This document shows positions 27,895 through 44,264 of a stretch of 64,000 nt of DNA, one piece after another. Source of the stretch: the human T2T-CHM13v2.0 reference genome, Homo sapiens. The notes below the pieces were generated by a model. The model searched no databases. It worked only from the letters and a program-made list of their open reading frames with translations, and was not told where the DNA came from. Both the position numbers and the translations under genes were made by a program. The first letter of the stretch is position 1; each line of letters starts with the position of its first letter. The stretch is taken from assembly GCF_009914755.1 (NCBI RefSeq), contig NC_060927.1; one strand, 5' to 3'.

Positions 27895-28600
27895 CACACT
27901 TTTTTTAAAAAGAAAAAACTACTGAGGTGTATTTTACATGTCATAAAACTCATCCATTTCAAGTATAGAATTCAACAACTTGTGGTAACAAATACAATAT
28001 GTGGCCTTTTGTGACTGGCTTCTTTCAATTAGCTTAATGTTTTCAAGGTTCATCATGTTGGAGCATGTAAATGGGCTTCATTCCTTTTCATAGCTGCATA
28101 ATGTTTCATTATGCCACATACTGTTTATCCATTCATCAGTTGATGAGCATTTGGGTTGTTTCTACTCTTTGACTATTATGAATAATGCTGCTAAGAACAT
28201 TAATGTACAAGTTTCTGTGTGGACATATGCTTTCATTTCTCTTATTTTCATTTTATTCCACCTAGGAGTGGAATTGCTGGGTTGTATGGTAGTGTTATGT
28301 TTAACTGTTTGAGAAACCACCAAATTATTTTTGTTTTCTTTTTAAGATGAGGTCTCGCTATGTTGCCCAGGCTGGTCTTGAACTCCTGGCCTCAAGTGAT
28401 CCTCCCACCTCAGCATCCCAAAGCGCTGGGATTACAGGCATGAGGCATGCCACCATTACACACCCGGCCAGCCACCAAATTATTTTCCAAAGCAGCTACA
28501 CCACCTTACATTCCCACCAGCAGTGTATGAGCATTCCCATCTCTCTACACCCTCGACAGTAATTTTGGTCTGTCTAATTTACTATAGCCATTCTAGTGGG
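27895..28600 (-). mobile_element. L1MB 3' fragment with nested FLAM/Alu monomer (~28326-28470)
   Basis: Antisense L1 3' UTR motifs; monomer ggtctcgctatgttgcccaggctgg. Confidence 0.75.
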
Positions 28601-29032
28601 TAAGAACTCACACACACTTCTGCTTCTTCTTGGCAATGCATCCATGTGGAGCCATGCTGGGGCTTTCCAGGACTGGCTGACTTTCACCTCCACTTGTAGA
28701 AAGAAGGGACATATCTGGCAATACTGTAGCCCCAGAGCTTGGTCCAGGGCCTAGAACTAAGGATGCACCCCTGAATGGCTCCTGGATGGATAATGGGCTG
28801 GGTGAGGGAGGTACATGGTGAGGGGGATACTGGTTTCAGTGCAATTGGAGCTCAGTGATATCTGAGAAGTCTGGGGGCTGGGAGGGGAGATGTGCATATC
28901 TAAGGACACCACCCACCGTATGATAGGGTATAGAAGAGGCAGGGTAACCTGTGTAGAAAATCAGCTCCCAGCCTCCTGCTCGGACCTTACCCTCAAGGAA
29001 TGCAGAACCCCCTGTGTATCCCTTTCTCCTCC

Positions 29033-29440
29033 TGATATAGTTTAGATATTTATCCCCACCAAATCTTCATGTTGAATTGTAATCCCAGTGTTGCAGATGG
29101 GGCCTGGTGGGAGGAGTTTTGGTCATGGGGGTGGACCCCTCATGGCTTGGTGCTGTCCTCACTGTAGTAAGTTCTCACAAGATCTAATTGTTTAGGTGTG
29201 TGCCACCTACCCCCTCCCACTCTCTCTCTCTTTTGCTCCTGCTTTTGCTATATGAGGTACCTGATCCTGCTTCACCGTCCACCATGACTGTAAGCTTCTT
29301 GAGGCCTCCCCAGAAGCCAAGCAGATGCCAGCACCATGCTTGTACAGCCTGCAGAACCATGAACCAATTAAACCTCTTTTCTTTATAAATTACCCAGTCT
29401 CAGGTATTTCTTTATAACAATGCAAGAAAAGCTGAATATA
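29033..29440 (+). mobile_element. MaLR solo LTR (MSTA-like) with 5-bp TSD
   Basis: tgatatagtttagatattt...ctttataaattacccagtctcaggtatttctttata; TSD cctcc at 29028-29032 and 29441-29445. Confidence 0.88.
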
Positions 29441-31326
29441 CCTCCCCACTGGAGCACTAGCCCCAGACCTGTCACAAGTCAGATGTCACATATGCTTATA
29501 GAGACAAGAAAGAGGACATGGAAGTCCCAGAGGGGCTGCAGGTAGTATCCTGGCAAGGGTTGAGCTCTGGAATTGGGATGTCTGGTTTGCCCCCCTCATC
29601 TTCTTGGGGCTAGGTGAGCTCCTTGGTATCCCTAGTTGGCATTCCCAATTGGAATCTGCAGACTCACATTGCCTGGATTTTTCCTGGGCTATTTCATGTG
29701 ATCCAGACCCTGGGAGTGCTTCCTCTCTCAAGAAGCTCCTTTCATGCCCTGACACAAATTCCTCAGGTCTCAACCCAACACAGAAACCCACCTCAAAGCG
29801 ACTTAAGCAAAACAGGTAATACATTGGCTCATGAGACTGAACAACCATGACCCACAAGGCTGGTGTGGGGGCTCAAAAGGTGGCTTCAGGAACCAGGCTG
29901 TGTCCATTTCTTTGTTCTTGTTTCCTCCATATGTCTTGACCCACCCCACAATGGCCACAGCATCTCCATCCTTACCTCTTCCTAGCTGAGCAATCCCAGC
30001 AGAGAAAGAGTAACTTTTCTCAGCACTTCTAAAAGGAATACCATGCCTGAGTCTCTTGGGCCTGGCTTGGGGGCAATGTCACAAGGTAATTCCTCAGGGA
30101 TTCCAGCCTCCTCTTTATTCAAGGGATACCTGGTCTGTGAACTGGCTTTGGTCTGGGAACTGGATAAGGGACTGTGACTCCCTATTATGGCAATTCAATT
30201 CAGGGCTCTAGTCACCTGACCTAAAGAACCTTTTTTGTTGGTGTTTAGGCAGATCAAATTATATGACTTCTGCTTCTGGTCATGATGGTATAACAGGGAG
30301 TAGACTTACCCTCCCATCTTAAACAACTAAACAAAACAAAATATGCAAAACAATGGTTTTCAGATTTTACCAACAGTGCAGGATGATGATCTCTGAGGGA
30401 ATGAAAACAAATGAGGTGAGCCCCATCGCTGTGCTGTCTCATCTCTGAAGGGAGTTTCAGGCTCCAGTGCTGGGAGGGAGGCTTAAACAGATTCTTGTGG
30501 TCTCCCTGATTTACAGAGACAGTGTTCAGAAGACAAGGTAGACAGAATTAACAAGGCAGAGTACCAGAAAGAGAGCTGAAGAGAGGGGGTAGGTGGTACT
30601 GAAATTCTGCACAGGGCTCTCCTTGGTTAGTCAGTGGAATACTGATCATTGCATGTATGTGAAGAAACTTGTGAGGCTAGGTAAAGAACCACGGAAAAGT
30701 AGCAGACAGAACAATCCCTAGGGTTGACACAGGGCCAGGAAGTGTTCATGTTCCCACTGGCCAGAATGGAACTCAACAATGGGGCCAAATTAGTCCTAGA
30801 TTAAAGGCTATTCTGGGTCAATGCTTAAAAGCAAGTCACAAAAGAATCAAACTCTATCCCAGAACAAAGCACAAACAGACAAAAATCCAGCACCCAGGAT
30901 CAAAACACTTATAAATCTGCTATTCAATCAAAAATCATCAGACATGCAAAGAAACAGGAAAATATAAGGAGAAAAATTAATCAATAGAAACAGATCAACA
31001 AATGACACAAATGATAGAATTATTAGATTATGGCATTAAGACAACTATTATAAAAATACTCAACATGTTCAAGAAGGGAGAAGAAAACATGAACATGATG
31101 AAAAGAGAAATTGAACATATAAAAAAGTCAAAAATTAAGCTTCTACAAATAAAAACTACAATGGATGGGATTAACAGCATATTAGACATTGCAGAAGAAA
31201 AATAAAGCAGGAAAAAAAGGAAAAACAAAGAACAGATGGCATAGAAAGAAACTAGCAATATGCTAGAATTAAATTCAGCCATATCAATCATCACAGTAAA
31301 TGTAAATGTTCTAACATTCTAACTAA

Positions 31327-31702
<376 letters not shown>

Positions 31703-31747
31703 TAAATATAAAAGCTACAGATAGGTTAAAAATTTTTAAGTGGAGTG

Positions 31748-32535
31748 TAAATATATATATATTTCATTTGTATATATTATTATATATTATATATTTTATA
31801 ATACATAAATATATAATATATTTCACTATATATTATTTCATATATATTCCATATATAATATGCATATTCATATATAATATGCATATTCATATTTGCCATA
31901 TATAATATGCATATTCATATTTACCACATATAATATGCATAGTCATATTTACCACATATAATATGCATAGTCATATGTAATATGCATATTCATATATAAT
32001 ATGCATGTTCATATTTACCATATATAATATGCATATTCATATTTACCATATATAATATGTATATTCATATTTACCATATATAATATGCATATTCATATAT
32101 ACCATATATAATATGCATATTCATATTTACCATATATAATATGTATATTCATATTTACCATATATAATATGCATATTCATATTTACCATATATAATATGC
32201 ATATTCATATATAATATGCATGTTCATATATAACATATATAACATGCATATTCATATTTACCATATATAATATGCATATTCATATATACCACATATAATA
32301 TGCATATTCATATATAATATGCATATTCATATATACCACATATAATATGCATGTTCATATTTACCATACATAATATGCATATTCATATATGCCATATATA
32401 ATATGCATGTTCCATATATTATATATTCCATATTATATATATTCTATATTGTATATGTTTCATATATATAATATATATTCCATATTGTATATATTTCATA
32501 TATATAATATATATATTCCATATATATAATACACA
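31748..32535. repeat. AT-rich minisatellite with 28-bp unit catatataatatgcatattcatatttac and a 19-bp subunit
   Basis: Tandem array visible directly, with degenerate (TA)-rich flanks. Confidence 0.95.
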
Positions 32536-32837
32536 CATACCATGAAGTTACTCTTTTTGAAAAGCTGGGATGCTATACTAATATCATATAAAATAGATTT
32601 CAGGACAAGAACTATTGCCAGGAATAAAGAGGGACATTCCATAATGATAAAGAGTTACTTAGTCAAGAAAACATAAAAATCCTAAATATTAATGCACCTA
32701 ATAACATGACTTCAAAATATATGAAGCAAAAACTAAAAGGAAAAATAGACAAATCCACAGTTATGGCTGGAGATTTCGACACATCTTCTCAATAACTGAC
32801 AGAACAAGCAGACAGAAAATCAATAAACTTATAGAAC

Positions 32838-33357
<520 letters not shown>

Positions 33358-33615
33358 ATATAGAAGACATGAACAACATCATCAAACAACTTAACCTAAT
33401 TACTGTTTATAGAACACTCCATCCAACATCTGAATACATATCTTTCAAGTACACAGAAAGCGTTAGCCAAAACAGACTGTATTCTGCACCATAATGGAAG
33501 TGTCAATATATTTTAAAGGGTGAAAATCATACTAAATGTCTCTTCTGACAACAATAGAATTAAATTGGAAGTCAATCCCCAACTAAATAACACACTTCTA
33601 AATAATCCATGAGTT

Positions 33616-33940
<325 letters not shown>

Positions 33941-34199
33941 ATAACCCATGAGTCGAAGAAAAAAAACTGCAAATGAAATTAGAAAACATTGGAACAAATG
34001 CAAAGGAAAACATGGCATAGCAAATTGTGAGGCATGCAGATCAGGTCAGACTTTCGTAGGCTGACATGTACTGAGTTCAAGGACATCATGATCAATTAGA
34101 CACCACCGAAGATCTCTCTGGGCCAAGCCATCCTGATTATTGCTCCAACCCACCTTATCTCTGGCAGTATGGGGCTACCTCCCGTACTCTCCTGCTTCC

Positions 34200-34690
34200 T
34201 CGAATCAGTTAACTTCCCCAAAACTTAGTGGCTTAAACACTAACCTTTTGTTTTGCTCGCAGTTCTGTGGAGCAGCTGAACGGTTCTTGTGTTCTGGGTA
34301 ACCTGGACTGATTCCTGCTGAGCTCTTTCATGTGCCTATAGACAGCTGGTGGCTGAACAAGCCAGGATAACCTCACTCGCATATCTGGCAATTGGCTGGC
34401 TGTTGGCCAGAGTGCAGTGGCACTGGACACACATGCCTCTCATCGTCCAGCAGTCCAGCCAGACTTCACTGGGGCTGGGCTCCAGGGGCAGAAGGAAAGG
34501 GAAGAGCAAGCAAGCCCCAATGCACAAGGTCTTTGAAAGCCTTGCCCTGCATCACCTTTCCTACTGTTCCATTTTTCCAAAGCAGGTCACACGTCCAAAC
34601 CCAGAGACAAGGTGTGGAGCAATAGACTCCACCTGGGAAGAGCTGCAGAGTGCGGTGGATGAGAGGAGAAGTATTCATGGCCATTGTTAC
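34200..34690 (-). mobile_element. MaLR LTR (MLT1G/H-like)
   Basis: cccaaaacttagtggcttaaac...atagactccacct. Confidence 0.6.
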
Positions 34691-37600
34691 AATTTATTCA
34701 GGGAGCTCATTTCAATGGGGACATCTCCCACTATCATCGCTGGCCTGCAAAGAATAGTCAAGGCACAGCCTTTCAAGATGCCCATGCTTCCCTCACCAAT
34801 GTGTTACCCAAAGCTTTGGTCCAGAAAACATCGTCTGAACTCCTCACCCCAGGGATCATGGTTAGGTGGTAGATGAGTATTTGACTGCTCAAATCTCAAT
34901 AACTTCCAGAGCCCTAGCTGTGAGGGAGTCCAGAAAAGGTACTTTGTATCCTTCCAGCCTCTGCAGTACAGGAAGGACCCCAAAAGGTGGTGACATGGAT
35001 GCTGAGCACCAGTCCAACATGTCCGCCCACGCTGAGGAGCTTCATGAGGAGGGAGGTGAGCCCTGCAGCAACAGGGAAGGAGACAGGCAGGAGTTCCCTG
35101 TTGCCTGCTCCTATCTAGAGGCCTCAAACTCCAGCTAATTTAAGCCATGTCAGCAGGGACCTCCCACGTGCTGACTCAGGCCAGCCATGACTAAGGTCCA
35201 AATCAGTCTCAACAGGAGCAAGGCGGCCCCCATGCCGGCCAGACCCCTCCCGGCACACACTGTGCAGACCCAGAGCCTACAATAATCACAATTGTCACCA
35301 GCCCCACCATGTGCCAGGGACAGTGCTCTGCAGCGAGAGAGACCATCTTGTTTAATCCTCAAAACCACCAGGGGCAGGGAGGGGCAGTTCCATTCCAACG
35401 GGGATAAAAAGCAATGCTCAGAGAGGTGACGTCACTTACCAACATCACCTATAATAGTGACTGAGCTGGGGTTTGAATACAGATCTAAATGACAGGGAAA
35501 CCTTCCCGCTGGGTTGCACAGCTGCTCTGCCTGTCATCTTCCAATCTCACTGGTTGTCAAGGGAGGACCTGCTCCCTAGGCACCCAAGGTGTTCTCTGCC
35601 CTTCACTTCACTCCACACCATGGAGAGCTGCCCCCAAGCCTGTACCTGGGTCTCTGAGGAGGTCTTACCCAGACCCTGTCCTGCTGCCCACAAACATGTC
35701 ACTGGCTAAGAGGGATGCATTCTTCCCTCCAATCCAAGGAAAAACAAGTGTGTGATCACTTGAAAGATGACCCTGTATTTCTAACTGGATGTCCCTGGAG
35801 TCTGCTGTATTAGTGTGGGGGATGACAGCTGCCCTGATTCTATTTCCCCTTCCCTGAAGAACAGGCTTTTCCTAAGGGAAATTCCTTAGGATATTTTATG
35901 AGGATTGGCATCACCTCTCACAGAGGCACCAGAGTTCAACCTGTGGCCTATGCAGGGCCAATCACAGTCATTGTGATTATTTCAAGGATGGGCATATGAC
36001 CCAGTTTGAGCCAGTAGTCAGCCAGTCTGGTGATTTTTTTCTGGCCCAAATGGAAAGGGGAAGTTTTCTTTCCACTGGAATTATTGAGCTGATTAATTAT
36101 GAGCCTGAAGCCTTTGGGAACTATCCTGTTAACACAAGGAGAAAGTCTCCAGAGAAATAAGCCAACCCAGAAGCCCTAGAGCCAGCCATTCCTGAAGCTG
36201 GTGGAGCTTTGAAGTACATAGACCAACAATTTCTCTTTTATCCTGAAGGTGAGTTGGGTTTCTGTCACATGCACTCAAGTGGAACCCTGACTTCACTTTT
36301 ACAATTTATTGTACCCAACAGGATCACGTTTTGCGAGGCATAAACTGTGCCCATTTCTCATCGAGTAAGAAATAAAATCCTCCAAACCCAACCCATCACA
36401 TCAGTCATCCTGCTGTCTCCCTGCCAGGCCTGTCCAATCACCTCCTTATCTGAACACCCTCCCACCCCACACACAACGTGGCAGTTCCTCAGTAGCCGAG
36501 GCCACCCCTCCCTCCTTCCTTGACACCCACAGTCTGGCCCTCTGGTCCATCCTCCCTCCAAGATGGCCCAGGACTCCCCACAGGGGACACAGGCTCCAGG
36601 AGTGGGGCTGAGCAGAACAGCCTCAGGCTGATGGTCTTTGTGGACCATGCACCCTATCAGGAAAAAAACAGGGACACACCTCCATAATCATTTCTTTATA
36701 AATGACATACATTGCAACACCATTTGCATTTTATGTCTTAATAAAGCTGCATTAATTTCTTCTTTTAGATGAACGTTTAAATAGAAAGTCTCCTGTTTTC
36801 TTGCTTTTCATGGCCTATTGTTTCTATTTTCTTGTCTTTCACACTCTGTGGTGACTGCAGGGTCCGTCTGGTGGGGGTGGGGCCGTGGCTGGACTCTCCT
36901 TCCCGCCCCCAGGTTGTTTTCCAAACTTTCAGTATCGTGAGTAGAAGGAGGGGCCCTGCCTGGGGAGGGCCGTGTGAATCACCCCATGGAAATACTGGCG
37001 CCCTGGGCTGGGGGCAGGGTGGGCCTGGTTTCCAGGAAGGGCTTGGGCAGGAAGCCAGGCAGGAAGAGGCTGGGGAGTTTCTGGAAAGGCAGCGCGGAGG
37101 GGCCTGGGGAGGCCAGTGGACCTCTCGGGGCAGGGCACTGGCCTCCCCTCTCACAGATGGGGAATCCTTGGCACTTCCTGGCACATGCCAGGGCATGGGG
37201 GTGGGGGCAGAAGGCCAGGGAAGGAGGTGGCGGCCGATCCTCAGCAGGCCTCTAGGGTGGGTGGCCGTGGACAAAGAGGGGAGGGTGGGATGGACTTGGA
37301 GGAGGTGCCCTAGGGGCTCCTTTGAGCCTGGCCCCAGCACCTACAGCCTGTGCTTGGGGCTGAGGGTCCCATTGTATGACCCGTAGTTTCAGCCAGAAGG
37401 ATACTTGGAATAAGAGGGGACAAAGGAGGCGGCAGTTTAAAGCGGTCGCTGAGCAGAGAATCCCGCTGATGGATGGGGACGGTGCTGCTCCATAGGGGGC
37501 CCTCTCTCAGACTTCTGTAGCCCCCATGGCATTTAGCCAAGAGAGGCTCCCTCCCCACACAAGTGAACTTACAGGACAGAAATCCAGAATGCAAGTGGGA

Positions 37601-38692
37601 TAAGCAGTGTAGAAGTGTTTCTCTCTCAAGGCGGAGTGGTTGATTCACTCATTCATCCACTCGTCTGTGCACGCATTTGCTCCAAAAACACTGCTAAGCT
37701 CCAGGCTGCCCACTCCTCATTCATGAAGGTCCTGCCACCTTCAGATCCTGTGCCCCATCCCACAGTGACTGGCCTAGGGTAGAAATGCCATCCCAGCTGG
37801 CCCAACTTGGGCAAATATCAGGACTCTGGCAGGCAATACCTGGACAAAGATTTACACCTGGGAGAACGAGGGCCCTAAAGCAGCTGGAGGCCACTTGTCA
37901 ACCTACAGGAAGAACTGTACTGAGAGTGGATCCAATGGAGAAGGGAGCAGACCCAACAGGTGGGGAGAGACTGGCTCCTTGGATGCTGTTTGAGCGCCTG
38001 GATTCACCTGCACCTGAAGCAAAGTGCTACACCCAGAAAACAATGTCCACTGAAGCCAGTTTGAAGCTGGTGCTCTGTTGTCTACAACCCAAGAATGCTA
38101 GCTGACAGGGATGAGTTGAGGGTGCGTGGGCACAGAGCACCACCAGGACCGGGTGAGTGAGAAGGAGAGCGGGGCAAGCCGCGGAGGGGGTGGGGGAGGG
38201 CACTGGCCCCACTGCAGGGGCAGCCTCCACCCTACCGCCACAGCCCCTTCCTCCATCTCACCAGGACCCAACTCGCTGACATCATCACGGTGGGAAACAG
38301 GAACTCCTCGACCTCAGGCCAAAAGATCCATCTGTTAGAGCCATCGGGCCAGCCAAGGCTGCTCAGAGAGGCAGGTGGAGGCCATGTCATTTCTAACTGA
38401 CCCGGGAAGAACCATGTGGTGTGCAGGGTGGGGGTCCCTGCCCACCCATACTGGGCATCATCCATGCTTAGTGATCACATCCAGCTCAGCAACCACAAGC
38501 ACAGAGGCCAGCGTGTCCCGCGTGGGACACAACGCAGGGTCCTTGCTGCTCTAGCCGCTGCTCAGGCCACTTATGCTGGCGCCCTAAGAAGTCTCCCTCC
38601 TCACATGTCCTCCCTGGAGTTTAAGCCGAGCTCTCCCCTCCAGTGGACATCCTCCTTCCCAGCCTCATGAAAGATTCAAGACAGATAGATAG

Positions 38693-38992
<300 letters not shown>

Positions 38993-39449
38993 TGATGCAA
39001 AATATTTTTTAAAAGCTCTTCCTTAAAAATCTGTGTAGGATGGACTTACTGCAACCTAGCAGGCACCTAAAGAGACCAGGGATAAAAGTCGACCCACGAG
39101 AGCCCCAGGAGAAAGGACAACTGCTGCCGAGGCAGAAAGCCTCCAGGACAGCCTGTGGGAGCTGTTGAAAGGCAATGCAGGCAGCAAACACCACAGGACA
39201 GAGGGGAGGGCTGCCGCAGTAGTGTGGGCTTGAAGACCGTTCCCCTGTGGGTCCCTCCCAGCACAGGGGAACAGGAAGACATGGTGTGGTCCCTTCTTCA
39301 CAGAGCGAGCAGTCTGTGGAGAAGACGGGGCTCATCGGGCAATGCCTCCACTGGGGCCAGAAAAGGCTTCCCCTGGCTGGACCTGCAGGACGAGGGTCAG
39401 GGCTCAGCCAGGTGGCCAGCCCTCAGCGTCTGCTCCCACCTCCTTCTGT

Positions 39450-40311
<862 letters not shown>

Positions 40312-40855
40312 ATCAGGCAAAGAGGGCACCAAATAATGTTCCAGATGAAGCCACTGGCATGAGTGTAATCACCTAGCCAAGGATGGAGGAGGGCAGGGTA
40401 GAGGCAGGGGCGGGGGCCTAGTTCGGAGTTACTGCATGATGTGATGAGAGCAGGAACTAAGGCAAGGACACTGGATGGAGCAGCAGGAAGGATGGGGGTG
40501 AGGAATAAGCCAGACTCGGCCACTGCTTGCCTGAGGCCATGAAGAATGACCTTGAGGTCTCAACCCAGGCAGATGGGACCAAGGAGATTCCATGTATCTA
40601 AGGAGGTAAATAAGGCCATATGTGTGAGCACGTAGGGGGACCTTGGCATCAGGCATGCAAGGGGAAGACAGACACACCCCCAAGCCTCATGGGGCTTTTA
40701 TTCCAGCAAGGGAGATGGATGACCCAGTGGATAAAATAATTTCCAAAATGACAACTACTGCAGAAAAGTCCGAGGGAGATTGGAATAGAAAGCAATGAAT
40801 GGTTGGAGAAGGCCTCTCAGAAGAGGGGACAATGAAGTTCAGAAGTGAATGAAGA

Positions 40856-41162
40856 GGCCGGGCACAGTGGCTCATGCCTGTAATCCCAGGACTTTGGGAG
40901 GCCGACACGAGTGGATCACCTGAGGTCTGGAGTTCAAGACCAGCCTGGCCAACATGGCAAAACCCCGTCTCTACTAAAAATACAAAAAAAAAAAAAATTA
41001 GCAGGGCGTGGTGACAGGCACCTGTAATCCCAGCTACTTAGGAGGCTGAGGCAGGAGAATCGCTTGAACCAGGAGGCAGAGGTTTCAGTGAGTAGAGATC
41101 GAGCCACTGCACTCCAGATTGGGTGACAAGAGTGAGACTCGATCTCAAAAAAAAAAAAAAAG
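40856..41162 (+). mobile_element. AluSx/Sq-like inserted in L2
   Basis: Full dimer; TSD gaagtgaatgaaga. Confidence 0.92.
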
Positions 41163-42699
41163 GAAGTGAATGAAGAGCAAAAGGAGACCACTGTGGGCAA
41201 CTAAGAACACAGTCCAGGCAGAGCGAACAGAGGGCAAAGCCCTTGGTGTGGTAAGGAAATCACTGTGTCCAGGGAGCAGACACAGCTACATGCCCCGGTG
41301 TGGCCGTGTGGCTTGAAGCTGAGTAAGCAAGAGAGGAAGGGAGGAACAGGCTCACAGAGGAGCTGGAGAGGTCACAGAAGCTCCCTGATGACCAGAGCCT
41401 CTGTTCAGCCAGAACACTCCAGTGGAACACCTTGTGTCCACTAACGAGGCCTTGCCACTAATTTGGCAAAGAAGTAAATAATGTGTTAAAACTCAGATGT
41501 CCTAAGTTCTGGTTTTCCAAAAAGGCAGGAACCATACACACCAATCACCAGGGACCAGACAAAAAGCACGAAAAGTGAATCACAGGAGAGGGAACCAGAG
41601 GGAACCACTGGTTCCCAAACACCAGACCAGAGAGGACCAAGCAGGTCCACCCAGATGAGAGGGAGAGAAGGTAAGGATTTCAGGTCAGATTCTAGGTCAA
41701 ACAGGACTTTTCTGGTGGCAGGTGGCAGTGACCCAACAGAACTGTCTTAACTGAAATGAGCATTGTTGATATAGGTAGCTGGAAAAACCCAGACACGGGT
41801 AGGCTCTGAGTCACTGGGGCCTAAACACAACTGGTCAGCCAGCGCTAGCTTCTGTCTTGGAGCTCAGCCCACCTCCTCAGATGACCGCACTCTCCTCCTG
41901 GTGGCAGGATGGCTGCAGCAGTTCCAGGCCTTACCTCTGCTCAGCCCTGAGGCCATGGAGAAACAGGCAATGCCTCTGGTTGACTATGGTCATACCCATC
42001 TCCGAGTCAGCTGCTGTGGGCAAAGGAATGCAAGGATTGACTAGGTATGGCTGAGGTGACCCCCATTAGGGCGTGATGGGGTCAGCCGCAGTCAAATCAC
42101 ACGGGCTAAGAGTGGGTGAGCGAATGAAGGTGAATGTCAAAAGAAGAGGGAGCGGATGCTGGTCCACCGGAGACTTACAGCAAAGGGGCACCTACACCGC
42201 AGCGCCACTGCTGCTAAGAATTAGCAGTCACGGAGGCTCCGAGCTCCTGTCAGATTGAGCACTTTACTCGTGACCCCTCAGCCCATACCGACAACGGCAG
42301 GACGGGCACTCCTCATCCACGAGGGCAATGACTGTGTATCAAGCACCTTCTGAGCGCCAGGCCTTGTTCTAAGTGTCCCGGCGTCCCCAGTGAAGCAGGC
42401 GAAATAAGCCACGGTGTGGAGGCAGGGAGTGCCTCCCAAGACCCCGAGACCGCTGAGGGCAGAGGAGGGTTATTTAAAGGCAGCACTTGAAGACCCAGGA
42501 ATCACTCCTGGGGGCGCAGCCTTGCACAGCTAGAGGGCCTGTGGGTTTGAGGAGCCTCAGGGTTGGGGGCGCCGTGGCCGGTGAGGGAGTGAGGTCAGAG
42601 GGGAGGGGAGGGCTGGCATCCTTGGGAAGGCTCGAATAGAGGGGAGGCTTGGTGTGAACGATACCCTGCCGGCTGCGTGTGGAGGGGAGGCTGTGGCCT

Positions 42700-43620
42700 G
42701 GGCGGAAGGCAGGAGTCCCGGGAGGGGCAGCGGGGACGGGGACCCTGAGGCCCAGGGGATTGGGCTCAGGGGCCGGATTCAGGATGCTTTCCGCGCAGAG
42801 CCAGCCGCAGAAGGGGCATGGGAAAGAGCCTCATCTACGCACGAGAAAACCGGGCCGAGAGTCAAGAGCCAAGGCGGGGCTGCCGTTCCAGGGCGCGAGC
42901 CGGGCCGTCCCCCACCTCGATCCTGTGCGCCCTGCCTCGGGCGGCCAGGGTGCGCGCGGCGGCCGCGGGCGCTGCGGAGAGACCGGCGGAGGCCGGGGCA
43001 CCCGGCGTGTTTTTCAGGAAGGAAGCCTTCGCTCCTGTAACAGGCTGGGGCTTGGCCCGGCCCGCGGCCGCCCCGCCAGGAAGCGCCCCGTCCGCCCCCT
43101 CGGGGCGCGTCCGCGGCAGGCACTTTTGAGGACAGGAAGGGGAGAGGTGACCTGAGCATCCACGCAGCTGTGGCATTCGGGGACGGGCCGAGGACTGGGT
43201 TTCTTGCCATCCTCAGCGCTGGGGGTGACTCCAAGCCCCCGGGTGGGGGTGGGGAGTGGCCGGGCATGGCGCCCGGCTCCACAATGCATCGCCTTACCCG
43301 GCCGGAATTCCTGCAGGACGCTTTGTTCTCAGATGGCAGCGCTGCTAGAGCCATCGGACCTGTGAGGGGGGGGCGCCCGGGGCAGGCCAGAGCCAGGCCT
43401 CAGGAAGCCCGCAGCGGCTGCGGCGCTGGGCATTGCCCCACATGCCCGCCACCCTCCCCCGGGCACCCCCCACCCACCGGCGCCACAGTCCCCCCAGCGC
43501 CCCCCGCCCCTGGAGCCGCCTGGAAACTGGGCCAGGTCCAGCTGGACAGGCTGTGTCAACTCCAGCTGGGGGGCTTCGCGGAAGCCACCCATTTCCTGCG
43601 GCCGTGCAGGCTGTCTGCAG
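42700..43620. promoter_or_regulatory. Orphan CpG island
   Basis: Very high GC and dense CpG (e.g. gtgcgcgcggcggccgcgggcgc), GC boxes, no adjacent coding exon. Confidence 0.88.
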
Positions 43621-44264
43621 CAGAGACCACCCCACCAAGTTCCCGCCTCTCCCTCCCACCTAGCCCTCAATGGCAACCTACTGGACACTGAGCGAGGGTG
43701 GTCTCTGGATGGCCCCCAATGGACACTCTGAAACCTGTCCCTACCCCAGCCCCTGCCCCAGCCCTGGCAGGCCATGTGACATCAGGAGAGCAGTTTACCC
43801 TCTCTGGGCTTCAGCTTCCTGCTCTAAAGGAGACCAGAGACTCCCACTTCGGTGCAGTAAAGCAAAGCATCCCTGAGAAAAGAGCCTTTCCGCTTTGGAG
43901 AACTGAAGCGGAATGATGGAACCAGAACACTCTGGAGGGAAAGCACATTAATTTCAGTACTGCCTTGTGCTGTTACTTCGGTTGGAATTTTTAAAAACAA
44001 CCACATCCAGCACTTACTCTGCACTAGGCACTGCTCTAACTCCTCACCTACATGCAGGTGCCAGCAGCAGCCGCCTTGCCCTCTCTAACAAGGGGGCGAA
44101 GGTAGCAGGGAGAGGTGGACACGGTGCCCAGAGCCAGGTCACTGACAACTGGATGAGACCCTGGCATCTTGGCCCAGGGCCCACGGTCACAGACGCTGAA
44201 CCACACGCATTCTTAGGACCCAATTTTTAGAGGAAAGTAGGTTGTTGCCCAAAACTGCGTGCCG

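Noticed and set aside
31748-32535. Array of ~28-bp repeats as CRISPR-like
   Set aside because: Head-to-tail units without unique spacers, no cas genes, human context
36777-37386. Paired 184 and 187 aa antisense ORFs
   Set aside because: G-tract-rich low-complexity sequence, no coding signature
42654-43775. Many overlapping 100-190 aa ORFs on both strands
   Set aside because: Expected from stop-codon scarcity in a CpG island; the translations are Arg/Pro/Gly/Ala-rich with no domain
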